From: a virus
Reading direction: 5' to 3' (one strand)
DNA length: 64,000 nucleotides
IMG/VR virus record: IMGVR_UViG_3300012521_000003
Location: 4,659-68,658 of that record
The notes under the pieces are model-generated. The model searched no databases, was not told the DNA's origin, and worked only from the letters and a program-made list of their open reading frames with translations. This document shows positions 1 through 8,719 of the stretch, in pieces; the first letter of the stretch is position 1; every line of letters begins with the position of its first letter. Position numbers and translations under genes: made by a program.

Positions 1-372
1 GATATACCATACCTACTCCACTTCGACGAGTTTGAACTATGGACCCTGAGAACCCTCCTTCTAGAGCAAACATCTATAGTCTACGAGAAGGCTATGGAGG
101 GCCTATCAGCTGAAGAAATCGCTAATAGCGACTTCGATACCGAGCCAACAACCAAGCCCTACTACGATCTCTACTGTATCTTCGATATGAAGGTCAATGT
201 CAGAGAGAACTTCATAGTTTTGAGCAAGGATCAGGTTAAGCTGCTGGCTCAAGTTATTGATAAGGCATACAGACAGCTGTTCGAAGAGGACCCGAGAATT
301 GATAACCCGACAGATAAAGACGAAGTTATCCGACACACCAAGGTGTACCTCCAGCAAGTTCTACAGTCATAG
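1..372 (+). CDS. Hypothetical protein, 5'-truncated by window edge
   Basis: Frame 1 is open from base 1 (DIPYLLHFDEFELWTL...) into the listed 94..372 ORF; TAG stop at 370-372. Confidence 0.7.
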   Translation, partial: DIPYLLHFDEFELWTLRTLLLEQTSIVYEKAMEGLSAEEIANSDFDTEPTTKPYYDLYCIFDMKVNVRENFIVLSKDQVKLLAQVIDKAYRQLFEEDPRIDNPTDKDEVIRHTKVYLQQVLQS

Positions 373-459
373 GTTCTGTGGGGTTGTCCTTAACAGCCCC
401 TCTCCAAGGGCCTAGAGCCCTAAAACACGGGTAGTGACCTACACAAGGAGGAACGTAGT

Positions 460-1098
460 ATGAACAACAACGAAGCTCTGGCCAAGAGGATTGAAGAACT
501 CATGGCCGAAGGCAAGACCTTAGCAGAGGCTTTGGCTGAATGTAAGGTCAAGAGCGGAGGCACTAGGAAGAGAGAGAAGATTGAGGACCGAGTAGCATAC
601 ATCAAGGGCCTCAATAACATTACAGAGGTTAGGAAGGCTTCCAAAGCCGCCTTCGCCAAGAGAGCCAAAGCAAAGGATACCGCCGCTGAAGACCGCTATG
701 GTGATGAGATCAGAGCGGCAAGAGAGCGTCTCGAGGAGCTCAATGAGATGATAATGACCGCGGATGATCCGCTCGCAAAAGCTATTGAGCTCGGGGAGGA
801 TCCGTCAGGTGTAGTACAGAGAATGCTCGACACCTATAAGGGTCTCGACGACAGACTCAGCGAAGCTCTGAGGAAGATCGACATGCCGAAGAAGACAGCT
901 AAGACCCTTATGAAAAACATCCCAGCTGACCAGATCCCCCAAGAGATCGTTGAGAAGCTGAACAAATTAGGCCCTGAGTATCTGCCTATCTACCAGCAGA
1001 GGGTCAAGCGTAATGACCAGAGATGCATTACCGTAAACAGGACTCTTAACTTCTTGACTGACCTTACGGTTAACTCCAAGAAGTATAAGAAGTCCTGA
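460..1098 (+). CDS. Hypothetical helical, basic protein
   Basis: 212 aa ORF with RBS AAGGAGG upstream; no family recognised. Confidence 0.75.
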   Translation: MNNNEALAKRIEELMAEGKTLAEALAECKVKSGGTRKREKIEDRVAYIKGLNNITEVRKASKAAFAKRAKAKDTAAEDRYGDEIRAARERLEELNEMIMTADDPLAKAIELGEDPSGVVQRMLDTYKGLDDRLSEALRKIDMPKKTAKTLMKNIPADQIPQEIVEKLNKLGPEYLPIYQQRVKRNDQRCITVNRTLNFLTDLTVNSKKYKKS

Positions 1099-1122
1099 GA
1101 TCTCAGGGAGGGAGGATAGGAT

Positions 1123-1377
1123 ATGTCAGTAACAGATAAATGGTATACTACCGAAGAGACCCTGGTCGAGATACCAAAAGGTAGGGACCTGATAAGGGTC
1201 GTGATTGGTAAGAAGCTCGTGAGAGACGAACCCAAAGTCTACTTGGACATCAGGACTTGGTACAGAGACGATGAAGATAAGCTCTGTCCAGGTAAGGGAT
1301 TTGCTAAGCCTGTGACTAAAGAGGAGCTAATTCAGATAGCTGATGCCCTTAAAGACTTTGGGGGTAGATGGGATTGA
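1123..1377 (+). CDS. PC4/YdbC-like ssDNA-binding protein
   Basis: YLDIRTWYRDDEDKLCPGKG resembles the PC4 family signature; RBS GGAGG. Confidence 0.7.
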   Translation: MSVTDKWYTTEETLVEIPKGRDLIRVVIGKKLVRDEPKVYLDIRTWYRDDEDKLCPGKGFAKPVTKEELIQIADALKDFGGRWD

Positions 1378-1592
1378 TATTCTCTCTACTACCCATAATT
1401 GCCGGAGGAATATTCATCATTATTAAGGCGGGTATAATACTCCTGACCCTTATACTCACAATCGTCGCATTGATTATGCCTGACAGAAGTAATCGTTGTA
1501 AAGGGAGTACATGGGAGGAATATAAGAGGGCCGAGAGAGAATATAGAAAGGTCCTCGGGCTTCCAGAAGAGGAAGATAAGGCTGGTAAGTGA
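1368..1592 (+). CDS. Small membrane protein
   Basis: Long hydrophobic N-terminus followed by a charged tail. Confidence 0.65.
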   Translation: MGLIFSLLPIIAGGIFIIIKAGIILLTLILTIVALIMPDRSNRCKGSTWEEYKRAEREYRKVLGLPEEEDKAGK

Positions 1593-1732
1593 GACACATT
1601 TACCAGCCTGTCTTACTAAAAGGAGACCCCGTATAAGCTTAAAATATCCTATAATAGACTAGGATGCGCGTTAAATTTTTTCCAAGACTACTAAGACCTG
1701 GAAATTTCCGGGGTAATAAAGGAGGGCTAAAA

Positions 1733-1774
1733 ATGAAAACAAGATTTAATCGGGAGGTTGTAGAGAATGTCTGA
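1733..1774 (+). CDS. Putative 13-aa leader ORF (MKTRFNREVVENV)
   Basis: Strong RBS AAGGAGGG before ATG 1733; TGA stop lies just after the 1767 start codon. Confidence 0.3.
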   Translation: MKTRFNREVVENV

Positions 1775-3626
1775 ACTTCAGATAAAAACTGATATCATCG
1801 GTCAGCTAAAGCTGTTCAGATCTAGCACATTCATCGATCCATATGCTTTCATTCAGGAGGCTATACAGAACTCCCAGAGGGCTAAGGCTAGTAAACTACA
1901 AGTTTTAACTGACGTACATTCCGACGGTAGCTATGAGATAACATTCATTGATGATGGAGCTGGTCTCAGTGATCCTGAGGACCTATTCACTCTTACTAAA
2001 ACTGGCTGGGATAATGATACAATCGAGTCTGAGCAACCCTTCGGTATCGGCTTCTTCTCATGCATGGCCATGGCCAATAAAGTAGAGGTCGAGTCTAAGG
2101 GTAAGAAATATTCCTTCGACTACGAGGAGATAATGGCAACTGGTACTCCTTCTGTTAAGGTAGAGGATAGCTCTTTCGAGGACGGGTTCATGGTAACCCT
2201 GAAGAGCTTCGTACCTGACTTCAATATCCATACGTTCATAGTCAGGTTCAAAGAAGCTGCTAAACTTTGTCTCTCACTGAAATGCTCCATTGACGGTGAG
2301 TCCATACTCCCGGTGGACTATCTCAGACCACCAGAGACACTGAAGCATTATCGTAAAGTTCGCTTCGGCACTGTGAATGGCTGGATAGGTCCGAGTAGCT
2401 CTTCCTGGGAGGGTGCCATAAAGATCTACCATCAAGACCGGTTTGTTACCGATCTCCCTTTCCCTGGTATAATAGGGGCTCTCTCAGTAGGCTTAGCTGA
2501 TCTTACACTAAGGGCTCCGGATCGTCGCTCCATCATCGAGGACCAAAAGTACCAGGACTTCAAATCCACATTACGAGAGAGCTTCGTAAAGCCTCTGCTG
2601 ATAAAGATGATACAGGACCCGGAACTAAATGTGTATCAGACTGATATAGCTAATATGTATCTCTCTGTTGATGACTACGCTGATAAGCTGAGATATGTCA
2701 TGATCTCTAGCCTGGACACTGTGGACAGACTCGCTAATCTTGATGAGTATGACCTCCGTCATATGACCAGAGAAGAACTCCTCGATCTTATAGAGTCTAC
2801 CCCAGATCCTCAGGAGATTGAAGAGCCTGTAGATCTTATTGAGAGAACTATAGAGTTTAAACCCAGTAACAGAGCGATTAATACTGGTTCTGTCTATTCA
2901 GCTCCTCTAGCTAGCTCTTACGATAACCCCTATGTTGGTCCAGTTAAAGAGGTTAAGGCCAAGTCAAAGGCCCTGAGAACCCTTAACAATCTGGCTAAAA
3001 AGCGCGTACTATACTATGTGACCCCTAGGGATTTAGCCACTCACCGTAATATCATAGGGGAAGCGTTAAATGCGGGTATTCCCATCGTACTCGCTAGAAC
3101 TGAGCTAGAGAAACGCAGCCTAGAGAGTAAGCTCAGGGCTATAAGAGTCTCTGACGTCACTTACGCCAAGAAGCTGGAGATCCGTGTAACCCCAGATAAG
3201 GCTAGCTTAAAGGCTCGTCGAGTGGGTAGACTGATCGGCTATCTTCTAAAGAAGATGGAGATAGAGAATATAGACATCAAGCTAGGAAACATCGAAGCCC
3301 GTCATAATATCCTACTATCCGGCGACGTTGTAGCTTCCACTCCGACGCGGCTGAGCATAGCTCGGGAGAATAACACCATCTACATTGACACAACTTCGGT
3401 CAACCGTTCAAGAGTTCTGAATATGTCGGATGACCGAGTTGATATAGGTGAGCTCTTCTTCTTAATGGGTCGATTCGATGAATTAAGAGAAGCTCTCACC
3501 GGCCTTATAAAGTGCGACGTATCGGATGTGGACTCCTATATAATAAAGAGTCTCGCTTCCATAGAGGCCAGTTGGATTGTCACCAATCGCATAGCACAAG
3601 AGGAGTCTCCATCCAACGAGCCTTAA
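1767..3626 (+). CDS. GHKL (HSP90/MutL-like) ATPase domain protein, rIIA-like architecture
   Basis: Bergerat-fold motifs EAIQNSQRA, DDGAGL, PFGIGFFS in the N-terminus; long unassigned C-terminus. Confidence 0.8.
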   Translation: MSELQIKTDIIGQLKLFRSSTFIDPYAFIQEAIQNSQRAKASKLQVLTDVHSDGSYEITFIDDGAGLSDPEDLFTLTKTGWDNDTIESEQPFGIGFFSCMAMANKVEVESKGKKYSFDYEEIMATGTPSVKVEDSSFEDGFMVTLKSFVPDFNIHTFIVRFKEAAKLCLSLKCSIDGESILPVDYLRPPETLKHYRKVRFGTVNGWIGPSSSSWEGAIKIYHQDRFVTDLPFPGIIGALSVGLADLTLRAPDRRSIIEDQKYQDFKSTLRESFVKPLLIKMIQDPELNVYQTDIANMYLSVDDYADKLRYVMISSLDTVDRLANLDEYDLRHMTREELLDLIESTPDPQEIEEPVDLIERTIEFKPSNRAINTGSVYSAPLASSYDNPYVGPVKEVKAKSKALRTLNNLAKKRVLYYVTPRDLATHRNIIGEALNAGIPIVLARTELEKRSLESKLRAIRVSDVTYAKKLEIRVTPDKASLKARRVGRLIGYLLKKMEIENIDIKLGNIEARHNILLSGDVVASTPTRLSIARENNTIYIDTTSVNRSRVLNMSDDRVDIGELFFLMGRFDELREALTGLIKCDVSDVDSYIIKSLASIEASWIVTNRIAQEESPSNEP

Positions 3627-3634
3627 TTACAAAG

Positions 3635-3667
3635 ATACCTGGAGCTGAGGGTATCGGCTCCAGGTAT
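3635..3667 (+). terminator. Hairpin after the GHKL gene
   Basis: Inverted repeat ATACCTGGAGC...GCTCCAGGTAT. Confidence 0.5.
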
Positions 3668-3689
3668 TAAATTAAGAGAGGATGGTTAA

Positions 3690-3821
3690 GTGAAACAGCG
3701 CAATTGGAGGCCCAGTAGAGTTAGGGTCTGGTTAAGGAAGTATGGGTGGGTAATAAAGATGATATGTTGTGTGTTGCTTATATTGCTTATTTTCCATAAC
3801 CGCTTAGCCCCCCGCCCCTAA
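3690..3821 (+). CDS. N-terminal signal-anchor segment of the cell-wall hydrolase gene, ending at CCC-TAA
   Basis: GTG start; KQRNWRPSRVRVWLRKYGWVIKMICCVLLILLIFHNRLAPRP*; basic then hydrophobic; the +1 frame continues into 3877..4383. Confidence 0.6.
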   Translation: MKQRNWRPSRVRVWLRKYGWVIKMICCVLLILLIFHNRLAPRP

Positions 3822-3858
3822 AGTTCAGGAACCAACACCTACAACGGTTATACTGACT

Positions 3859-3916
3859 CCAGAGCCAACGACACTTATGACCCCAGAGCCAACGACACTT
3901 ATGACCCCAGAGCCAA
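3859..3916 (+). repeat. 24-bp tandem repeat (2.4 copies) encoding PEPTTLMT
   Basis: CCAGAGCCAACGACACTTATGACC twice plus a partial copy. Confidence 0.9.
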
Positions 3917-4383
3917 GTCCCGAGGTCATCCCAGTAGAGGAGCCTGTAATAGAAGAACCTATGGTAGAGGAGCCAGAGGATCGATTATCCTGCGACCCTA
4001 TTTACATAGATGACAGGCTCAGAGACATGATTGCAACTCAGATAGCGATAGAGGCTGAGGGTTGCGAATTCGAGGTAAAATGTATGATTGCCCAATGTAT
4101 CTATGACAGAACAGTTCTTAAGATAGGCTCAGACGGTACTGTCGAAAGTACGTTAACCTGGCCAGGACAGTTTGATTACAGAGGCAATTATAGACTACAG
4201 CAATCGGACTATGATGCCATATCCTGGGTCTTTGATCAGGGTAATAGGGTAACAGAGGAACCTATCATATTCTTCTGTAACCCAGACCTAGTAAGCGACG
4301 CTGCAAGGGAATGGTTCTACTCCTTTAAGCTGATTACTGAAGGCGGCGGTATGGCCTTCTTCTCACACGAGCGGATTTCATAG
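3877..4383 (+). CDS. SleB/CwlJ-like cell wall hydrolase (Hydrolase_2) with Pro/Thr/Glu linker
   Basis: IAIEAEGCEFEVKCMIAQCIYDR...TWPGQF pattern matches Hydrolase_2; the true start is probably 3690 via a frameshift. Confidence 0.7.
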   Translation: MTPEPTTLMTPEPSPEVIPVEEPVIEEPMVEEPEDRLSCDPIYIDDRLRDMIATQIAIEAEGCEFEVKCMIAQCIYDRTVLKIGSDGTVESTLTWPGQFDYRGNYRLQQSDYDAISWVFDQGNRVTEEPIIFFCNPDLVSDAAREWFYSFKLITEGGGMAFFSHERIS

Positions 4384-4390
4384 TAAACCG

Positions 4391-4471
4391 AATTAGGTCC
4401 TCGATTTTTAAGCCATATAATTACAAGGGCCTAGCTTAAAACCTTCTAAAATACTTGTATGCGCGAACTTT
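4391..4471 (+). repeat. Conserved ~80 bp intergenic element, copy A
   Basis: AATTAGGTC-N4-ATTTTTAAGCCAT, with ATGCGCG 68 nt downstream of the first base. Confidence 0.7.
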
Positions 4472-4481
4472 ATAAGGCATT

Positions 4482-4524
4482 AAAAAGGGCTCAAGCTAAT
4501 TGATTTAGCTTGAGCCTTCTTTTT
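4482..4524. terminator. Bidirectional rho-independent terminator between convergent arms
   Basis: 12-bp stem GGCTCAAGCTAA/TTAGCTTGAGCC flanked by an A-tract and a T-tract. Confidence 0.85.
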
Positions 4525-4618
4525 GTCCTCTAGGTTAGAGCTTAGATCTGAGTGAGAGCTCTAGTGTGTTGCTATCGGCTAATTTTTTAGAGTGTAGCTC
4601 CATTCGGTTTCTCATCGT

Positions 4619-5887
4619 TTACTCCTTATCGGGTCTGATTTTTACAAACCTAGGGAACCTAAGAGACCTGGTGCCGTTTGCATTAGTCGAGATCTCCTGG
4701 AATTTTATCTCGATTATCTTTCCAACTATAGCTGTAGGATTGTGCCACCAAAGGATCCTTTGCTCATCTGTGAGTCCCGAGCCGACACGTACCTCATTAC
4801 CCTCGAAGTTACAGACGAGTCGTCCGACACAGCCTACATATTTAGTATCGGGTTCGCCTTCCTCGATGCCTATGACCCTGAGGTCAATTGTCTTAACGGG
4901 CTTAAGTTTCTGCCATGCATATGTACGTTTCTTCTCATAGGGAGCATCAGCATCCTTTATCATTATACCCTCGTAGCCTTGGTCTAGGACCTTGCGATAA
5001 TAGTCGTCCATTACTCTGAGGATCTCTTCTTTTTCCCGTCCATGAGTGGAGATAAATTTGAACGGTACTAGAGATATATTCTTGACATTGTGGTATGCTA
5101 GTACGTCTGCAAGCTTTGTGGCCCGGGTTATCTGGGCCTCTTCACATACTCCAGACTCTGGAATAAGGTCGAAGGCATTTAAGATACCCTGCTTGTCTGA
5201 GGACTTTCTGAAAGCTTGGGTCTGAGTCCCTTTGAAGTCGCTGCTCATTATCTCGCCATCTACGTAGTAGCCTTTAGGTAGCTTGAGAAGCTCCTCAGAA
5301 ATACTATCATAGCCTGAGATGATTTTACCGTTCCTGCTGTAGAGTAAACCAGTTGTCGTACAGCCTAGTGCTCTATAGCCGTCGAGCTTAGGCTGCAATA
5401 TCATCCGGCTAGGAATACGACCTGCAAATTCCTGAGCGAGTTGGACCCCGAACTTTTCAATAAGGCCTGGTATAGCTGCATTTATAGTCTTTACCTGTAT
5501 GCCTATATTCAGGTCCTTCTTTATTACTCTGGAATACCACTTGACCTCTTGTGGGCTGCAGCCTCTGATGAAGTAGATAACTTCATCTATAGCCTCATGG
5601 CCAGTAACTTGTCTTGTCTCTAGTCTGCTTAACAGCCGAGTAAAGAGTTCGAAGTTTTCTGGCCGAGATCTATAATTGACAAGTGGGTCAATTCCCTCAG
5701 GTATCTGCTTGATGTAGTAGACACGGTTGGGATCATAGGCTGCTTTCAGTAATTCGCGGAGAGCTGTATTGTCTCTTTCACGCTGTAGATAGGACTGTTT
5801 CTCGAGAGTACTCGTAGTGGACTCTATGGATTCCAGGGTTTGAAAGGCTCTTGAGATCTCTAAGTCCTGGATAGAATACTGACTCAT
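4619..5887 (-). CDS. lig: ATP-dependent DNA ligase
   Basis: Motifs KLDGYR, VDGEI, EGIMIK, WQKLKP; OB domain VGSG...SLRFPRF. Confidence 0.95.
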   Translation of the reverse strand: MSQYSIQDLEISRAFQTLESIESTTSTLEKQSYLQRERDNTALRELLKAAYDPNRVYYIKQIPEGIDPLVNYRSRPENFELFTRLLSRLETRQVTGHEAIDEVIYFIRGCSPQEVKWYSRVIKKDLNIGIQVKTINAAIPGLIEKFGVQLAQEFAGRIPSRMILQPKLDGYRALGCTTTGLLYSRNGKIISGYDSISEELLKLPKGYYVDGEIMSSDFKGTQTQAFRKSSDKQGILNAFDLIPESGVCEEAQITRATKLADVLAYHNVKNISLVPFKFISTHGREKEEILRVMDDYYRKVLDQGYEGIMIKDADAPYEKKRTYAWQKLKPVKTIDLRVIGIEEGEPDTKYVGCVGRLVCNFEGNEVRVGSGLTDEQRILWWHNPTAIVGKIIEIKFQEISTNANGTRSLRFPRFVKIRPDKE

Positions 5888-5909
5888 TTATTCATACCTC
5901 CTTAGACTA

Positions 5910-5939
5910 ATTTTATCACAACAGACTCTCTGTCGTTAA
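5910..5939 (-). promoter_or_regulatory. Putative sigmaA-type promoter for the ligase gene
   Basis: TTAACG-N18-TAAAAT with TGn extension. Confidence 0.45.
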
Positions 5940-6463
5940 TTCCCCGCCCCTAAATTTAGCGGATCCATAGAAATCTCGTCTAGCTCTGGGTGAGACGTCA
6001 ACATAGAAGCCAACTGGTCACACATGTTATTGAACTCATTATCAGCATGACCCTTTACGAGTATAAACTCGACAGAGGCTAGTCGGTTAGTAGCTCTTAT
6101 AAGTTGGTTCCAGAGATCCATGTTTGCTGGTCTCTTACCAGCTGAATTCTTACCGGTCTTACTCCAGGACTTATACCATTTCTGGTTCATACCATTAACT
6201 ACATAGGCTGAGTCACTGAAGATTGTAACCCTGTCTTCCGGTGAACACTGGTTAAGGGCAGAGATTACAGCCATCATTTCCATTCTCTGATTTGTGGGCG
6301 TCATACCTGACAGGTCTTTACTGCTAGCATACTTGCGTACGAGGTATCCGTCAGTGTTTATCTCTACCCAGGCGTAGGCTCCTATAGCTCCAGGTCTGCC
6401 ATTATTCTTAACGGAGCCATCAGTATAAAACAGTCGTTCCATTTTGTTCCTCCGATTTAACAT
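5936..6463 (-). CDS. rnhA: Ribonuclease HI
   Basis: YTDGS, TNQRMEMMA, SDSAYV, N.DLW, VKGHA..EFNNMCDQLA. Confidence 0.95.
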   Translation of the reverse strand: MLNRRNKMERLFYTDGSVKNNGRPGAIGAYAWVEINTDGYLVRKYASSKDLSGMTPTNQRMEMMAVISALNQCSPEDRVTIFSDSAYVVNGMNQKWYKSWSKTGKNSAGKRPANMDLWNQLIRATNRLASVEFILVKGHADNEFNNMCDQLASMLTSHPELDEISMDPLNLGAGN

Positions 6464-6807
6464 TAAGTATCTGACTCGGGGTTATATTGATAATAGTCTT
6501 GAAGTAGCACAGGGTTCTTAAACATCATATGGGCGGTTGGATTATACTTGCAGCGTAGACAGGGCATGCTAGAAGGGTAGTTATGAGACCCCTTACAGGT
6601 CGAGCACTGGGGTATGCTCTTCTTTAGGACCCTATACAGGTCTATACCTATATAGATACCTCCTAAGAGAAGAGGCGGGAACCAGAGATACGATAATAGG
6701 AGTATCCAAGGCTTATCGGTGTATCCGAGAAGTTTAGCTGGTATTACTAAGGCTGTCAACCCAGCTAGGAGAGCTATCCAACTACGTAGCGCTTTACGCC
6801 ATGTCAA
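6463..6807 (-). CDS. Membrane protein with a C-terminal CxxC...CxxC motif
   Basis: Two hydrophobic segments; CSTC and CLRC. Confidence 0.65.
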   Translation of the reverse strand: MTWRKALRSWIALLAGLTALVIPAKLLGYTDKPWILLLSYLWFPPLLLGGIYIGIDLYRVLKKSIPQCSTCKGSHNYPSSMPCLRCKYNPTAHMMFKNPVLLQDYYQYNPESDT

Positions 6808-7106
6808 GATAATGAACCCCTTTCGAGGTCTTTTTTAATCTTCAGTGCACAGGTCCGGCAATACTTAAATCGGGTCTTAATCCCAGTTGTGTCTTGTATC
6901 TCTATTTCCTGAACGTCTTTATCACCCCCACATATCATACAGACACTACCATATTTCTCGATTACTACCCGGGGACCATCAACACTAAATTCCACGAGAT
7001 CGCCGTCTCGAAGATTTAGAGACATCCTCAGCTCTGAAGGTATCGAGACCCTTCCTAGCTTATCGAGCTTCCTAATGAGACCGCTCCTATTCATTATACT
7101 TATCAC
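6804..7106 (-). CDS. abrB: AbrB/SpoVT-family transition-state regulator
   Basis: GLIRKLDKLGRVSIPSELR closely matches the AbrB N-terminus; C-terminal CMIC...CRTC. Confidence 0.9.
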   Translation of the reverse strand: MISIMNRSGLIRKLDKLGRVSIPSELRMSLNLRDGDLVEFSVDGPRVVIEKYGSVCMICGGDKDVQEIEIQDTTGIKTRFKYCRTCALKIKKDLERGSLS

Positions 7107-7329
7107 CCTCTATCTCAATTCCTAGTCTTAATTTATCTCGCTTGCTGAGATCGGAGAATGGTAGCTCCCTCCTCTGCCTCCTAGCTAGCTGATATTCTGA
7201 TAAGAAGTCTATGCTCTTGGCTTTATTACTCTTTGTGTTTTTCAGCTCCTGCTCGAGAATTCTATCAGCCTCGAGCTCGAGCGGAGACTTACCTGAAGTC
7301 TGTGTCCTCCGACCGTACTTTTGGCACAA
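7087..7329 (-). CDS. Hypothetical protein
   Basis: 80 aa ORF in an operon-like overlap with its neighbours. Confidence 0.55.
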   Translation of the reverse strand: MCQKYGRRTQTSGKSPLELEADRILEQELKNTKSNKAKSIDFLSEYQLARRQRRELPFSDLSKRDKLRLGIEIEGDKYNE

Positions 7330-7798
7330 CTCCTATCAACCCTTTCTCTCTTAAGTATCTGATTTTATTACGGATAGACTTAAGGGGCTTATTGAGCTCG
7401 ATAGCTATGGATTTCTCCGAGTGACCCTTATTGTATAGCTCAACCACTCTCTGTGTCTCAGCTTGGGTGAATGACACTGTTTTCTTCGGCTGGGTATCCG
7501 TGAGTAGCTTATACAGTTTGACGAGAGCAGCAGATAAAGAATAGGATACGGACTGTTGGGATATTCCCAGTTCTTTAGAGACCTCTTGTTCAGTATAACC
7601 TTCGATTAGGCACCTACGGAGTACATATCTCTGTCTCTCCGTGAACTTTGACCCCCGCTTCTTAAAGAGTAGATCCTCGAGATCTATGACCGCTATCATG
7701 TTGTCCAGATCTTCACCAACATCGCCAGAGGCCATAGCCCCAGGAAGTGCCCTTATAGCTTTTTTTAATCGGGATATGGTCTCACGATCTGGCTTCAT
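7289..7798 (-). CDS. Sigma-70 region 4-like double HTH DNA-binding protein
   Basis: FTERQRYVL...YTEQEVSKELGISQQSVS and a second HTH SEKSIAIELNKPLKSIRNK. Confidence 0.75.
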   Translation of the reverse strand: MKPDRETISRLKKAIRALPGAMASGDVGEDLDNMIAVIDLEDLLFKKRGSKFTERQRYVLRRCLIEGYTEQEVSKELGISQQSVSYSLSAALVKLYKLLTDTQPKKTVSFTQAETQRVVELYNKGHSEKSIAIELNKPLKSIRNKIRYLREKGLIGVVPKVRSEDTDFR

Positions 7799-7799
7799 A

Positions 7800-8609
7800 T
7801 TAGACCTCCGGGAGTGTTATGAATTTACGACTTGCTATGTAATCAGCAAGGTGTGTCAGCTTCTCAAGAGGGGTCTCAGGTATGGGTAGTGTAACATGAC
7901 TCCTTCCCCAAGAGTCTTTATTCCAAGGTCCCATGTGGCTGTCTATAGCGCTGAGTACCTGATCGACGATTTCCTCTTGTTCTGGAGTAAATCCGAGGGT
8001 CCCTTTGAGCTCTTTCTCATAGACCCTTCTCGGCCACAGAGGATGCTCAAAAGCATAGCCATCAAAGTTGAGACCCTGCTTAAAGCTATCATGGAAAGCA
8101 AGGGCTACTCGGAGCATCTGATCTCCCAGCTCCGGAAGTTCAGAAGTAAATAAGGGATTGTCTAGGAGCTCTTCAGCGACCTTCAGGCAGCCCATGGTGT
8201 GTCTTACAAGGCCGCCTGTACCTTGAGCAAACTGGGGATGATTTTTACCTCCAGTAGAAGCAGGTACCCTGTAGAAGTAATCCGGAACTTTTTCGATGAG
8301 TGCTTCTGAAAACTTCCGTAGAGTCGGGTCTGTTACGCCTCTTAGAAGATACTCGAAGATCGACTTGTCATACATACCAGAGTCTGGTTTTACGAGCTCG
8401 GATGGAACAGGAGAAGCGTTACGAATGTGATTACGGAGCTCCGCTTTCCACTCCTCGACAGTCACCTTATAACCGCTCTTGAGTTTGTCTATCAACCAGC
8501 TAGCGGCCTTTACCGGGGTGTCATTATCTATGGAGTAGTCTTCTACAGAAGCTCCCATCACCTTACTGAGGAGAGACTTGAGATAATTTATCTGCGCTGT
8601 ACTTGCCAT
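7800..8609 (-). CDS. HD-domain phosphohydrolase/nuclease
   Basis: PASTGGKNH...GLVRHT...AFHDSFK...SHMG...HLADYIAS. Confidence 0.9.
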   Translation of the reverse strand: MASTAQINYLKSLLSKVMGASVEDYSIDNDTPVKAASWLIDKLKSGYKVTVEEWKAELRNHIRNASPVPSELVKPDSGMYDKSIFEYLLRGVTDPTLRKFSEALIEKVPDYFYRVPASTGGKNHPQFAQGTGGLVRHTMGCLKVAEELLDNPLFTSELPELGDQMLRVALAFHDSFKQGLNFDGYAFEHPLWPRRVYEKELKGTLGFTPEQEEIVDQVLSAIDSHMGPWNKDSWGRSHVTLPIPETPLEKLTHLADYIASRKFITLPEV

Positions 8610-8643
8610 TACATGAACTCCTTTCTGAATATCTCTATATTGA

Positions 8644-8674
8644 ATTATACGCGAGTTTTACAAGTTTTGGTAAA
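8644..8674 (-). promoter_or_regulatory. Putative promoter for the HD gene operon
   Basis: GCGTATAATTC -10 box; TTTACC/TTACCA at 18-19 nt spacing. Confidence 0.45.
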
Positions 8675-8679
8675 GACAA

Positions 8680-8713
8680 ATATTAAGAGAGACCCGTATA
8701 ATACGGGCCTCTC
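8680..8713 (-). terminator. Terminator after thyX
   Basis: Stem GAGAGGCCCGTA/TACGGGTCTCTC (one G-U pair on the minus strand) followed by an AT-rich tail. Confidence 0.65.
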
Positions 8714-8719
8714 GAGTTA

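Noticed and set aside
1640-1680. ATGCGCG at 1664 as a fourth copy of the 80-bp element
   Set aside because: The AATYAGGTC half is absent at the 68-nt offset
3859-3916. 24-bp repeats as a CRISPR array or DGR
   Set aside because: Contiguous in-frame tandem repeats encoding a Pro/Thr linker; no spacers and no reverse transcriptase
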